The notes under the pieces are model-generated. The model did not search any database and was not told the DNA's origin. It was given only the letters and a program-made list of their open reading frames with translations. From Laetmonice hystrix (taxonomy: Eukaryota): 64,000 nucleotides of DNA. Positions 1 to 12,500 of the stretch are shown here, piece after piece (positions within the stretch are counted from its first letter, which is position 1; each line of letters opens with the position of its first letter). The DNA lies in NCBI GenBank assembly GCA_965235115.1, contig OZ249436.1, positions 45,324,001 to 45,388,000 on the forward strand. The letters are read 5' to 3'. A program made the translations under genes and the position numbers.

Positions 1-547
1 GTCTAACTGCAGACCGCCAGATTCTAACTGCAGACCTCCAGGGTCTAACTGCAGACCGCCAGGGTCTAACTGCAGACCGCCAGGGTTTAACTGTAGACCG
101 CCAGGGTCTAACTGCAGACCGCCAGGGTCTAACTGCAGACCGCCAGGGTCTAACTGCAGACCGCCAGGGTCTAACTGCAGACCGCCAGGGTCTAACTGCA
201 GACCGCCAGGGTCTAACTGCAGACCGCCAGGGTCTAACTGCAGACCGCCAGGGTCTAACTGCAGACCGCCGGGGTCTAACTGCAGACCGCCGGGGTCTAA
301 CTGCAGACCGCCGGGGTCTAACTGCAGACCGCCGGGGTCTAACTGCAGACCGCCGGGGTCTAACTGCAGACCGCCGGGGTCTAACTGCAGACCGCCGGGG
401 TCTAACTGCAGACCGCCGGGGTCTAACTGCAGACCGCCGGGGTCTAACTGCAGACCGCCAGAGTCTAACTGCAGACCGCCAGGGTCTAACTGCAGACCGC
501 CAGGGTCTAACTGCAGACCTCCAGGGTCTAACTGCAGACCGCCAGGG
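1..547. repeat. 22-bp minisatellite (gggtctaactgcagaccgccag), about 25 copies, runs off the window start
   Basis: Direct reading of the periodicity. Confidence 0.97.
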
Positions 548-856
548 CCCCGATCTCTAGCCCTGCCCCTCACCCTGCTCCGATCCCTAGCCGTACCCCT
601 CACCCTTCCCCGATCTCTAGCCCTGCCCCTTACCCTGCCCCGATCTCTAGCCCTGCCCCTCACCCTGCCCGACCCCTAGCCGTGCCCCTCACCCTGCCCC
701 GATCTCTAGCCCTGCCCCTTACCCTACCCCGACAACTAGCCCTGCCCCTTACCCTGCCCGATCTCTGGCCCTGCCCTCACCCTGCCCCTCACCCTGCCTC
801 GACCCCTAGCCGTGCCCCTCACCCTGCCCCGATCTATAGCCCTGCCCCTTACCCTA
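548..856. repeat. About 30-bp C-rich minisatellite (cgatctctagccctgcccctcaccctgccc), about 10 degenerate copies
   Basis: Units start at 551, 581, 611, 641 and onward. Confidence 0.92.
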
Positions 857-3550
857 ACTCCTCATCCCAATTCTGTGGGAGTGTTTCCATGGTCGAGTAA
901 CCCGCCGCGGGCTGTCCCCAGAACTTTGCTGTCTCCTGTATGGCGGAGATAGGCACGGACTGGTCTTCAGGGGACTCTCCTCATAGGGCTTGTTATCTTA
1001 CGGTGACATTCCAAGGCATGGCGGTGTGCGATTTCTGTAAATATCTCGACCATTATATCATTATGCCATAGCCCATACCGTTTCCATTGCACGTTTCCAT
1101 TGCCAACTTGCTTGGCCAGTTTCCAGGGCCAGTTTTCTGGACCCAATTTCTCTTCCAGCCTCCTACAGAAATCTATTTAAAAACCCGGCTTCATGCTCTG
1201 ACGATTCAGCCATTGAACAAGCCACTTAAAGGGAAATGTGAGTGTTCGAAACGACCACTGGAACGTTCAAAATATTTCTATGGGGGATAGCCTTTGTCCC
1301 GAGGAGTACAGAGAAACAAAAAAAAATCACATGTCACCGAATTAGCCTTTTTTATACAGGCCTCCGTAAAAAAATGGGTCTTTACTATGTTTCAATGGGA
1401 AAAACGGGATTTTTCAGACATTTTGACTAATAGTTAAAAAACGACCACTGATTTTCTCCTGAAACTCGGTGACAAGATAAAGTGGATCATTACTAATAGT
1501 TTAAAACAAAAAAATTGGGGGTCACCGAATTAAAAAAAAGTTACGGCCTGCCAAACAGTCAGGCGTACAACACTGTGGCACTTACCCCATGAAGCAAACA
1601 TGAAGACAGCGTTTATAAACACTTTTTGTTGACCACATTGTGTTATCCTCCGAAAATGCCACACTGCCAATACACGGAGGTTAATTGCCCCTAATTGGGA
1701 ACCCCTGGTCTAATGACACGCCTCCATGAGAATGGCATACATGTATAGCCCAGCGTACGCCCTTGAACGCCCTATTTCCTAGTTAACCCGGTGGTGATTT
1801 AGCGGAATCATCGTTTGATACATCACCAATGTCAGTTGTAATCAGGGATCGTCCACAAGGGCCTCCAGGTTCAAACATGCAGGGCACACACCCAGAGACA
1901 CTGGGCGCAACCCATGTAAAGGCAGTCGGCCACAGAGCTTACCTGAGCATCATTAGCTCATGGATTATCTACAGACAGCCATCGACGTCAGGAGACCTGG
2001 CCCTGCTTCAGTAGGTGATTTTTTTTAGAGGCACGAGCATCAGACGTCTACTGGAATTGAACCCCGGCCCCAAGATTACTGCACCCATTTGCATAGCTGC
2101 GTGTGTGTGTGGGTTGGGTGGGGGTGAGGTGTGTGGAGGGGTGTGTTTGTGTGGGGTGTTTGGGTGTACTGTTGTGCCCTCAGCCCCAACTGTCGTTGGA
2201 CATTAAGAAGTTGTTAATTTTAGAAGCATGTGTCCTGGTAAAGTATTATATTGAAAGTAGCTTGCAAAAATGTCGATCATGATAAATCAAGGTTGGGCAT
2301 GGGATAGTGGTTTCCGCCTCAGCAATAGCCAGGGCCACATTGACCAGAGTACCCATTGAAACCTATAGACCCTGCAGCAAGTAGCTGACCAATCTTCTCA
2401 CATAAGTCATTGAAGGCCCTGTTATCAGGAGCCAGAGGCTTGGCATGAGAGATTGTAATCATTGAGTTTGACTCAATTGAATTCTTGTTGTGAAAGACTC
2501 CTCCTGCGTCCACGTACTTGAGTATGATTTAGGTTCACTTCAGCCTTGTAATTGGAATCTCTGCTACCTCTTCAATAAAATTTCACGGCTAGACGGCTAC
2601 CCGTCTTCTATTAGGTAAGCTGTATTGGCGCATTCTGTTGGAAAATAATGTTTGCCATTCTGAATCTCACCCGTACTTGGTAGAATCGATGTATATTGAT
2701 TGGAGACAACAAAACAAAGTGTCTAAATCTAAAATAAAGTAAATATCGAATGAGTAGGAATTGTGATTGATGATGAAAGAGATTAATGGGTCTTCGCTCC
2801 TGTTTCATGTCCGTGGGGTGATTATGACACGCTTTATCATCTTATTGATATCGGATATCACGTCTCATCAACAGAATTGTACTTACGGGCCATCTTACTA
2901 AGGATGACACCTTTATCATAGCGGGGCCGGAGCCTGCAACCAGAAATCCCAGGGGGCAGTGTCCCCTTAACCAGATAGGCCTACCGCGTGATAGCGCGTC
3001 ATTGCGCCGAGCTGGGGTCTGGGTTACCAAAAATGGAAGGGGGGGGGGCTGCATACTGTGCCTCAATGTGCATGTCCCTGGCAACGGACAGTTCCGACAC
3101 GTTTGCGTGACCGCTGTTGGACGCCCTCTATTTTCTCCAGCCTTCCCTTTGGACCCTCTTTCTTGTGGTCGTACACTCGTTGACACTTCACTCTTTACAA
3201 ACCCCTGGATCCAGCACATCTGTTTTACCTGCCCTTACCGCGGGCAGGGAAGGATCAGAATATGTTCCTGTACCCCATCCTGTCAATCGGTGGAGGACGT
3301 ATTCAGTGAAGGCATGCATTGCTGGGGTCCTCGTCAATAAAAGGACTCACCCCGACCTCTGAACACTGGTAGTCGGAGTGGTCTAAACGTGAGGGGACAC
3401 GGGTCAGCAGGGTCAAACACTCAGCTGAGATATTGTAGTGTGACTAGCGTGTTCCCGTCACAGTGATTGTCCCTGGGCGAGAGAAAGAGAATTGGAGATA
3501 ATACCCTTGACAAGAGAAACGGTTATCGACCGTGACAGGTTTATAATATG

Positions 3551-3649
3551 TGCACGCACAGCCCATGTGGGCAGAGTGACAGGCAGGCAGAACGCATGGA
3601 GCACGCACAGCCCATGTGGGCAGAGTGACAGGCAGGCAGAACGCATGGA
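3551..3649. repeat. Two tandem copies of a 49-bp unit; a (GAAT)n microsatellite follows at about 3700-3755
   Basis: gcacgcacagcccatgtgggcagagtgacaggcaggcagaacgcatgga twice. Confidence 0.85.
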
Positions 3650-3887
3650 GTGGGGGTTTTAGGGTAGAGACCTAGGACTCCACTGTACACGGGGATCAGA
3701 GAATGTATGAATGAATGAATGTATGAATGAATGAATGAATGAATGAATGAATAAGTGAGTTAGTGAGTGATTGAGTGAATCTATCAGTTTCACGTCGTGT
3801 CGGCATTATTTTCAGGAATTTTTAAATTAAGAAACCGGCAATTGAGAGGCAATCCGTTACTGTCAGGCCCTCTATAAAAAATGAAAT

Positions 3888-4562
3888 AGAACCATGCTGG
3901 ACCTCAAAAATTGAGAACCTTGATGTTGTCGAGATCTGACCTAACATGGAACCATGCTAGACCTCAAACATTGAGAACCTTGATGTTGTCGTAGCGATCT
4001 GACCTAACATGGAACCATGCTGGACCTCAAACATTGAGAACCTTGATGTTGTCGTAGCGATCTGACCTAACATGGAACCATGCTGGACCTCAAACATTGA
4101 GAACCTTGATGTTGTCGTAGCGATCTGACCTAACATGGGACCATGCTGGACCTCAAACATTGAGAACCTTGATGTTGTAGAGATCTGACCTAACATGGAA
4201 CCATGCTGGACCTCAAACATTGAGAACCTTGATGTTGTAGAGATCTGACCTAACATGGAACCATGCTGGACCTCAAACATTGAGAACCTTGATGTTGTAG
4301 AGATCTGACCTAACATGGAACCATGCTGGACCTCAAACATTGAGAACCTTGATGTTGTAGCGATCTGACCTAACATGGAACCATGCTGGACCTCAAACAT
4401 TGAGAACCTTGATGTTGTAGCGATCTGACCTAACATAGAACCATGCTTGACCTCAAACATTGAGAACCTTGATGTTGTTGTAGCGATCTGACCTAACATG
4501 GAACCATGCTGGACCTCAAACATTGAGAACCTTGATGTTGTCGAAGCGATCTGATCCAACAT
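3888..4562. repeat. 60/63-bp tandem array, about 11 copies
   Basis: ccatgctggacctcaaacattgagaaccttgatgttgtagcgatctgacctaacatggaa repeated. Confidence 0.95.
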
Positions 4563-5918
4563 TGAATCCGGTTTGACTTGACGTGGCAATGACCCAACCA
4601 TATGTTCCGTCGTTGACAGCTGGATACGTGGTGGTTTGGATGAACTGTTGGTTGGCAGACAGACCCACCAGATGGCGCCTGCGGAGACTGACCGACAACC
4701 TGTTGCAGACTGTGGACCTTTGACCTGACACACATATTTAGTAACAGTGATGTAATGTGGCGAGACCGAGGCCGCTAGTCGATAGATGGCGCCAGTGAAT
4801 CAGTACGGTTGTATGGCTGCAGGTGGGCCCAATGTGGGGGATGCTAGCAAACACAGCTATATTGACAAATTGCCAACTAAAAATCGTCTTATTGTCTGTT
4901 CTCCACCTGGATGGGGTTTTAAACAAACACATTTCACAATGCGCTTTTATTAACGTGCGTTTTTATACTTTCTTTTCTGTTTTCTGTGAACATAATTCCA
5001 AAGGACGTAACTGCCACCTTGCCCCATTCGCCAATGGCGAAGGTTTTTACGAAAGTGTTCTGGCCCTGCATGACCACCACCAGCGTTCCATGACGTCAAG
5101 GTACTGATGGCGACAGGCTGGGAATGTAATAATGTAGACAATTTGCAGAGATATTCCTTGTTAAACAAATGCCATCAGTCCGGGATGACACGATAAAATA
5201 TTGCTTTCATTGTGTTTACGAGGACAGCGGCAAAGCTTTGACACCGATAATCCACTGTAATACCGGGGTTAATCAGTGCGTGGGAAACGGATGAGCGTCC
5301 TCCCGCTGTTAGCTTTCCAGCGAAAATCAAATTTCGACACACACAAATATTTTGATTATTCCACACCCTGTTAATTGGTGGAATTGAAATGGAAATCAGA
5401 AAGTTAATGTTGCATTGTGTTAAGTGATGTTAAATGGAAATAAGTGTAATTTATGAGGAGTTTTGGCATATATTACCTTGAAAGACAGCGATGGTACATT
5501 GAGAGTCTTCAGAGGCTAGCTATCCTTTAAAGTACAACCAAAAACTGAACCTAGGAACCCCCCTAAAAAAACACACTGGACAAATAAGATATCTATAGGA
5601 AGTTATTTGTAAACCCATTCAGCGAGGAATAAAAAAGAAAATACCCACGGGGGTATTTTTTATACCTTTCTATTTAATTCGCGTAACCCTCTACCCTTTG
5701 TGAAGAAGCATCCGTTGTCAGATACTGTCGGGATTAAAAAGATGATTTTGTCAGATAATCCATTGAAGGCGATCATATCTTCCACCGAATAATCTGATAA
5801 ATCTTTTATGTTAAGTATCTCCCTCAGAATATCCGGAATAGTCTCTTCCCAGTTAAGACAACTCTTAGACACATTGACACCACATTGACACCACATTGAC
5901 ACCTGCCTCATCACAATA

Positions 5919-6167
5919 CAGGGCCGGATCCGGGGATGGGGGTTGCAACTCCCCTTAGAAATCCTCACAAAAAAAGAGAAAGAAAAAAGAAAAGAAAAGA
6001 AAACAAATGTGTCAAATGTCTGTCCTCCAGGAACCACAGTGTGAATTTAGAATCTAAAGCGATAAGTAGCCAAATAGGCCTACTGGTATTTGATAACATA
6101 ATAATAATTTCGGACTAGACGACTGCACCCCCCCCCTCCCTTGAAAGAAATCCTGGATCCGGCCCTG
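5919..6167. mobile_element. MITE-like non-autonomous DNA transposon
   Basis: TIR CAGGGCCGGATCC at both ends, flanked by a CAATA direct repeat. Confidence 0.75.
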
Positions 6168-6318
6168 CAATATATCAGTCTGATTGATCACTTAACTCAA
6201 GGCCCATATACCTCCCAGATTAAGATTAAGATTAAGGATCGAAGCCCACTTACGTTGATTAACAGATAATATGGTTCATTTATAACGACTCGATCATCTC
6301 TCCAACTGTCACCCACAG

Positions 6319-6501
6319 AACTGCGTCCCTCGTGGTGGTATTACTACGCGCAGGGATGGGACTAGACCCGCGGGCCCTGCGGAAGCTGTCAATGGTTGTG
6401 CTACGGCTCGCCTTCCTCCCTTGTGTCTGTGAGACGATCACAGTGGCTGTGGCTGCACATCTCCTGCTAGGGTTCCCCTGGCTCTGGGGATTCCTACTCG
6501 G
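6319..6501 (+). CDS. SLC9B2: SLC9B exon (TASLVVVLLRAGMGLDPRALRKL...FPWLWGFLLG)
   Basis: cccacag acceptor, GG|gtaag donor; not in the ORF track, translated by hand. Confidence 0.88.
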
Positions 6502-9500
6502 GTAAGACAAGCTCAAGATTCATCCTAACCCGGTAATTCTTAACCTTTTGACAATCCCGGCCCATCTAGATAATTAGATGTCAGAATAGATGTGGTCCGT
6601 GCTATTGATAATCTATATTACCCATCAGTAGTAGTAGGTGCTTCCGCAACCATTCCGCGGGCTGTACGGCGCACCGCTTTAATCAGCTAAACCTCATAGC
6701 ATGGATCAATTCGATGGGGGCTCGAGAGGGGATTGATTTAGGGGGCGACCATTAGATATTTAGGGGGGGGGGGGCTGGGATTTTTCTTGGGAATTTTTTT
6801 TATCTCAAAGAGTGGACTGCCTCAATTATTTTTTCCCGACCCTCAAAGCAAAATTTTATTTATTTCACATGAGACTCATTATTTATTTCCAGATACTAAT
6901 AACACATTATTTATTTCGCGCATGGCCAGGGAGAATTTATTTATTTCACCAATTTTCCACCCGAAATTATTTATTTCCAAAAACACCCAGCCCCCCCCCC
7001 CTAAATATCCAATGGTCGCCCCCTTAGTATGTGGGGACAGTCGTCACACTTGGCAAACTCAGGCTCTTGCATCTGATACATGACAAGACCTGAGAGAGGA
7101 CAGTGAGAGCAAGTAACCTTTCCGAGTATTCTACACACACTGGCCATAAATATTACAACGTTGAAAAACACATCAAAGTCCAGTCTGAAGAACTGGTTAC
7201 AATCATTTATTCTGTTTTCTTTACACTACTCAAGACGTCCTGAAAATGCACTGATCTGAAGTACATTTTGTGGCCTTGCCAGAAAACAAAGTCCTTCAAT
7301 ACTTTGCCGGTAACCACGTGACCTGATAATTGCGCGATTCGGTCACAACAATCTGACAATCCGTAGGAGACGCTGATCTTCTCTCGGTGTGGTTTTCATT
7401 GGACGACCACTTCTGTTTAAAGTTTTCATGGTCACCAGTTTGTTGGTACCTCGCCCATATACTCTGTACACTGTTTGACGGCAGCAGTGAACACTCCTGG
7501 CTATGTCCTACAGAGAAATGAGTACATGACGTTCAGCATTTGTAAGTTACCGTACCTTCGGTAGTTACAACGTGAACCCCCTTTTGCAGTCTGATCTGGT
7601 CAATCTTTCCCTTTATATACAGAGAGCATAAGCAAGAATTAGGTAATACACGATCGATTGGAATGAAGAACCGTCTCTCCTGCTACTGTTCAGTGCGACT
7701 TTGAGCAAGTTGCAATACTTTTGGCCAGTGGGTGATATACAGAAGTTTATCCAATAGTTTCGTTGTAAGACGCCAGGTGGCGCCAGGTTCGTACTGTCAG
7801 CTGTAACCCCCGCCGTGGTGGTGCCCGGTATGCTGTGTCTGGCCGGGCGGGGGTACGGCACGGACTGTGTGTGAGAGTGGTTTATTGTCTCGGTGTACAG
7901 GTTCGTACTGTCAGCTGTAACCCCCGCCGTGGTGGTGCCCGGTATGCTGTGTCTGGCCGGGCGGGGGTACGGCACGGACTGTGTGTGAGAGTGGTTTATT
8001 GTCTCGGTGTACAGGTTCGTACTGTCAGCTGTAACCCCCGCCGTGGTGGTGCCCGGTATGTTGTGTCTGGCCGGGCGGGGGTACGGCACGGACTGTGTGT
8101 GAGAGTGGTTTATTGTCTCGGTGTACAGGTTCGTACTATCAGCTGTAACCCCCGCCGTGGTGGTGCCCGGTATGTGTCTGGCCGGGCGGGGGTACGGCAC
8201 GGACTGTGTGTGAGAGTGGTTTATTGTCTCGGTGTACAGGTTCGTACTGTCAGCTGTAACCCCCGCCGTGGTGGTGCCCGGTATGTTGTGTCTGGCCGGG
8301 CGGGGGTACGGCACGGACTGTGTGTGAGAGTGGTTTATTGTCTCAGTGTACAGGTTCGTATTGTCAGCTGTAACCCCCGCCGTGGTGGTGCCTGGTATGT
8401 GTCTGGCCGGGCGGGGGTACGGCACGGACTGTGTGTGAGAGTGGTTTATTGTCTCGGTGTACAGGTTCGTACTGTCAGCTGTAACCCCCGCCGTGGTGGT
8501 GCCCGGTATGTTGTGTCTGGCCGGGCGGGGGTACGGCACGGACTGTGTGTGAGAGTGGTTTATTGTCTCGGTGTACAGGTTCGTACTGTCAGCTGTAACC
8601 CCCGCCGTGGTGGTGCCCGGTATGTTGTGTCTGGCCGGGCGGGGGTACGGCACGGACTGTGTGTGAGAGTGGTTTATTGTCTCAGTGTACAGGTTCGTAT
8701 TGTCAGCTGTAACCCCCGCCGTGGTGGTGCCTGGTATGTGTCTGGCCGGGCGGGGGTACGGCACGGACTGTGTGTGAGAGTGGTTTATTGTCTCGGTGTA
8801 CAGGTTCGTACTGTCAGCTGTAACCCCCGCCGTGGTGGTGCCCGGTATGTGTCTGGCCGGGCGGGGGTACGGCACGGACTGTGTGTGAGAGTGATTTATT
8901 GTCTCGGTGTACAGGTTCGTACTGTCAGCTGTAACCCCCGCCGTGGTGGTGCCTGGTATGCTGTCCCTAGCCGGGCGGGGGTACGGCACGGCCCAGGGCA
9001 TCCCCACACTCGTCATGGCAGCGGCCAGCATCGACGACGTGCTTGCTATCAGTGGCTTCACCATCCTTCTCGGGGTCATCTTCTCAGAGAGTGAGTTCTC
9101 CAACATGATATTACTTGGAAGGAACAATTCGTTAAAAAAACACAAGTCAAAGATTGACTTTTCTCTTACCTGCAATTATACAGGACCTACAAGTGTCAAC
9201 AGTAGTAATGTTCTTTTAGCTTAATGTTTGAAGTTGAAAGAAATATCAATTCCGCGCCTGAGTCTTCTGTCTTTTTGTTCATTGAGTTTTGAAAGCTCAG
9301 GCTACTTGAAAAAAATCTAACGTTCAACCAAAAAAAACCCGTCCCAGTTTTGTTTCGTATCCACTTCTACTCAGGGCCATACTACAATAGCAGTACCCGA
9401 GTCGTTGATCATCTCATTAACAGAGCACGTTTAATCATGGCTTCTTTACAATGTACCTGAATACCTGTGTACCTGTGTTCAGGTAACCTAGCGCTGACCA

Positions 9501-12500
9501 TATTCCGCGGTCCCCTGGAAGCCATCAGTGGAGTAATCTATGGAACACTCCTGGGCATCATGTTCTGGTACATACCGGACAAACATCACGTGAGTCTCTC
9601 CGATTGCTCTCCCAGCTGATTCACAACCGTTGGCGTAACGAGAATAATATTTAAACCACAAGGGACTGTCTCAAAAACGTTCTAGTTCGTTAAAGTTAGG
9701 TGATGCTGAAAGTGGCTTAGTGGTAGTCGCCATCGGATCTTAGCGGTTCGAATCCATGTCGTTTGTGTCTTACTGCAAGGTCGATGCATGGTTTCCCCCG
9801 GGTATTCCGGTATCCTCCAGCTGCAGCACACAGGGCCGAAACCAACTAGGCGATTGTTGTTGCAGAGGCCTTGTGCTTTTTAATTTAAAGAAGAACAAGA
9901 AGAAATAAAAACATTTGCTAGATTTTCATATCTGATTCTAGAAATGAATTTAAGATCGCGGTGAAGTTTCACCTTTAAATGACTCAGGCTGTTTCTGGGG
10001 GTCTGGATAAAACACCAATCAAACAAAAGCTAACTAATAGAACCGCTGATTGTGACTGTTTTCAGAAGAACCACCACATGCTGAGCGTGGCGTTGCTGCT
10101 GGCCGGAGGTATGTTCGCTGCGTTCGGGAGTCGGGCGGTGGAGTGTCCGGGAGCGGGTGTCCTTGGCTGTCTCGTGCTCGCCTTCGTCACAGGTCTCCGG
10201 TGGAGAAAACGGGCGTGTAAGGAGGACCAGGTGAGTTGAGGGTTTGTAAAACTGGGGTGAAGGAGGACCAGGTGAGTTGAGGGTTTGTAAAACTGGGGTG
10301 AAGGAGGACCAGGTGAGTTGAGGGTTTGTAAAACGGGGGTGAAGGAGGACCAGGTGAGTTGAGGGTTTGTAAAACTGGGGTGAAGGAGGACCAGGTGAGT
10401 TGAGGGTTTGTAAAACTGGGGTGAAGAAGGACCAGGTGAGTTGAGGGTTTGTAAAACTGGGGTGAAGGAGGACCAGGTGAGTTGAGGGTTTGTAAAACGG
10501 GGGTGAAGGAGGACCAGGTGAGTTGAGGGTTTGTAAAACGGGGGCGAAGGAGGACCAGGTGAGTTGAGGGTTTGTAAAACGGGGGTGAAGGAGGACCAGG
10601 TGAGTTGAGGGTTTGTAAAACTGGGGTGAAGGAGGACCAGGTGAGTTGAGGGTTTGTAAAACGGGGGTGAAGGAGGACCAGGTGAGTTGAGGGTTTGTAA
10701 AACGGGGGTGAAGGAGGACCAGGTGAGTTGAGGGTTTGTAAAACTGGGGTGAAGGAGGACCAGGTGAGTTGAGGGTTTGTAAAACGGGGGTGAAGGAGGA
10801 CCAGGTGAGTTGAGGGTTTGTAAAACTGGGGTGAAGGAGGACCAGGTGAGTTGAGGGTTTGTAAAACTGGGGTGAAGGAGGACCAGGTGAGTTGAGGGTT
10901 TGTAAAACTGGGGTGAAGGAGGACCAGGTGAGTTGAGGGTTTGTAAAACGGGCGTGTAAGGAGGACCAGGTGAGTTGAGGGTTTGTAAAACTGGGGTGAA
11001 GGAGGACCAGGTGAGTTGAGGGTTTGTAAAACTGGGGTGAAGGAGGACCAGGTGAGTTGAGGGTTTGTAAAACGGGCGTGTAAGGAGGACCAGGGGAGTT
11101 GAGGGTTTGTAAAACTGGGGTGAAGGAGGACCAGGTCAGTTGAGGGTTTGTAAAACGGGCGTGTAAGGAGGACCAGGTGAGTTGAGGGTTTGTAAAACTG
11201 GGGTGAAGGAGGACCAGGTGAGTTGAGGGTTTGTAAAACTGGGGTGAAGGAGGACCAGGTGAGTTGAGGGTTTGTAAAACGGGGGTGAAGGAGGACCAGG
11301 TGAGTTGAGGGTTTGTAAACCGGGGGTGAAGGAGAACCAGGTGAGTTAAGGGGTTTGTAAAACGGGGGTGAAGGAGGACCAGGTGAGTTGAGGGGTTGTA
11401 CGGCTCAGCAGGGTAACGTGTGCACCTGGTACGTGCAACTCTTGAAATATACAGGATGAAGTGCTGGAAAATTAGTCATCAAGGCTGTAACAAATTTATG
11501 ATTTTAAGTGTTAGAATTATTGTAAGGCTCACAATATATTAATATAGAATTATTGATCGTTCCTAATACTGTATTTGATGCAAGGATTGACTTTGGTCAT
11601 TTCAGAACCCCGTGGACTCGGCCCTTGGAAAACTGTGGTTCCTATTCGAACCTCTGCTGTTTGGACTAATCGGAGCAGAGGTGGACATCCACAGGCTTAA
11701 GGCCTCCACCATAGGTAAGATACTACCAGTTTGATAGAGTTAGTTGTGATCGGATGTGTCTACCGTTTGTTCCAGGTCTGAGCGTGGCTGTGGTTCTGAT
11801 CAGGTACGTTTGTTCCAGGTCTGAGCGTGGCTGTGGTTGTGATCGGGTGTGTCTACCGTTTGTTCCAGGTCTGAGCGTGGCTGTGGTTGTGATCGGGTGT
11901 GTCTACCGTTTGTTTCAGGTCTGAGCGTGGCTGTGGTTCTGATCGGGTGTGTCTACCGTTTGTTCCAGGTCTGAGCGTGGCTGTGGTTCTGATCGGGTGT
12001 GTCTACCGTTTGTTCCAGGTCTGAGCGTGGCTGTGGTTGTGATCGGGTGTGTCTACCGTTTGTTTCAGGTCTGAGCGTGGCTGTGGTTCTGATCGGGTGT
12101 GTCTACCGTTTGTTCCAGGTCTGAGCGTGGCTGTGGTTCTGATCGGGTGTGCCGTACGTTTGTTCCAGGTCTGAGCGTGGCTGTGGTTCTGATCGGGTGT
12201 GCCGTACGTTTGTTCCAGGTCTGAGCGTGGCTGTGGTTCTGATCGGGTGTGCCGTACGTTTGTTCCAGGTCTGAGCGTGGCTGTGGTTCTGATCGGATGT
12301 GTCTACCGTTTGTTCCAGGTCTGAGCGTGGCTGTGGTTGTGATCGGGTGTGCCGTACGTTTGTTTCAGGTCTGAGCGTGGCTGTGGTTCTGATCGGGTGT
12401 GTCTACCGTTTGTTCCAGGTCTGAGCGTGGCCGTGGTTCTGATCGGGTGTGTCTACCGTTTGTTCCAGGTCTGAGCGTGGCTGTGGTTCTGATCGGGTGT

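Noticed and set aside
1..547. 22-bp unit contains CTAAC and CAG like a branch point plus acceptor
   Set aside because: No recognisable exon follows the last unit, only another repeat, and the left end is outside the window
900..6300. Candidate upstream SLC9B exons and other minus-strand exon-like segments (about 3352-3472, 5017-5117)
   Set aside because: No open, phase-compatible segment matching the expected PPLLGML...LR region; the candidates contain in-frame stops or lack recognisable homology
7613..9175. 520-aa minus-strand and 419-aa plus-strand ORFs
   Set aside because: Alternative frames of the 111/114-bp junction array; the real coding frame is SLC9B exon 8915-9090
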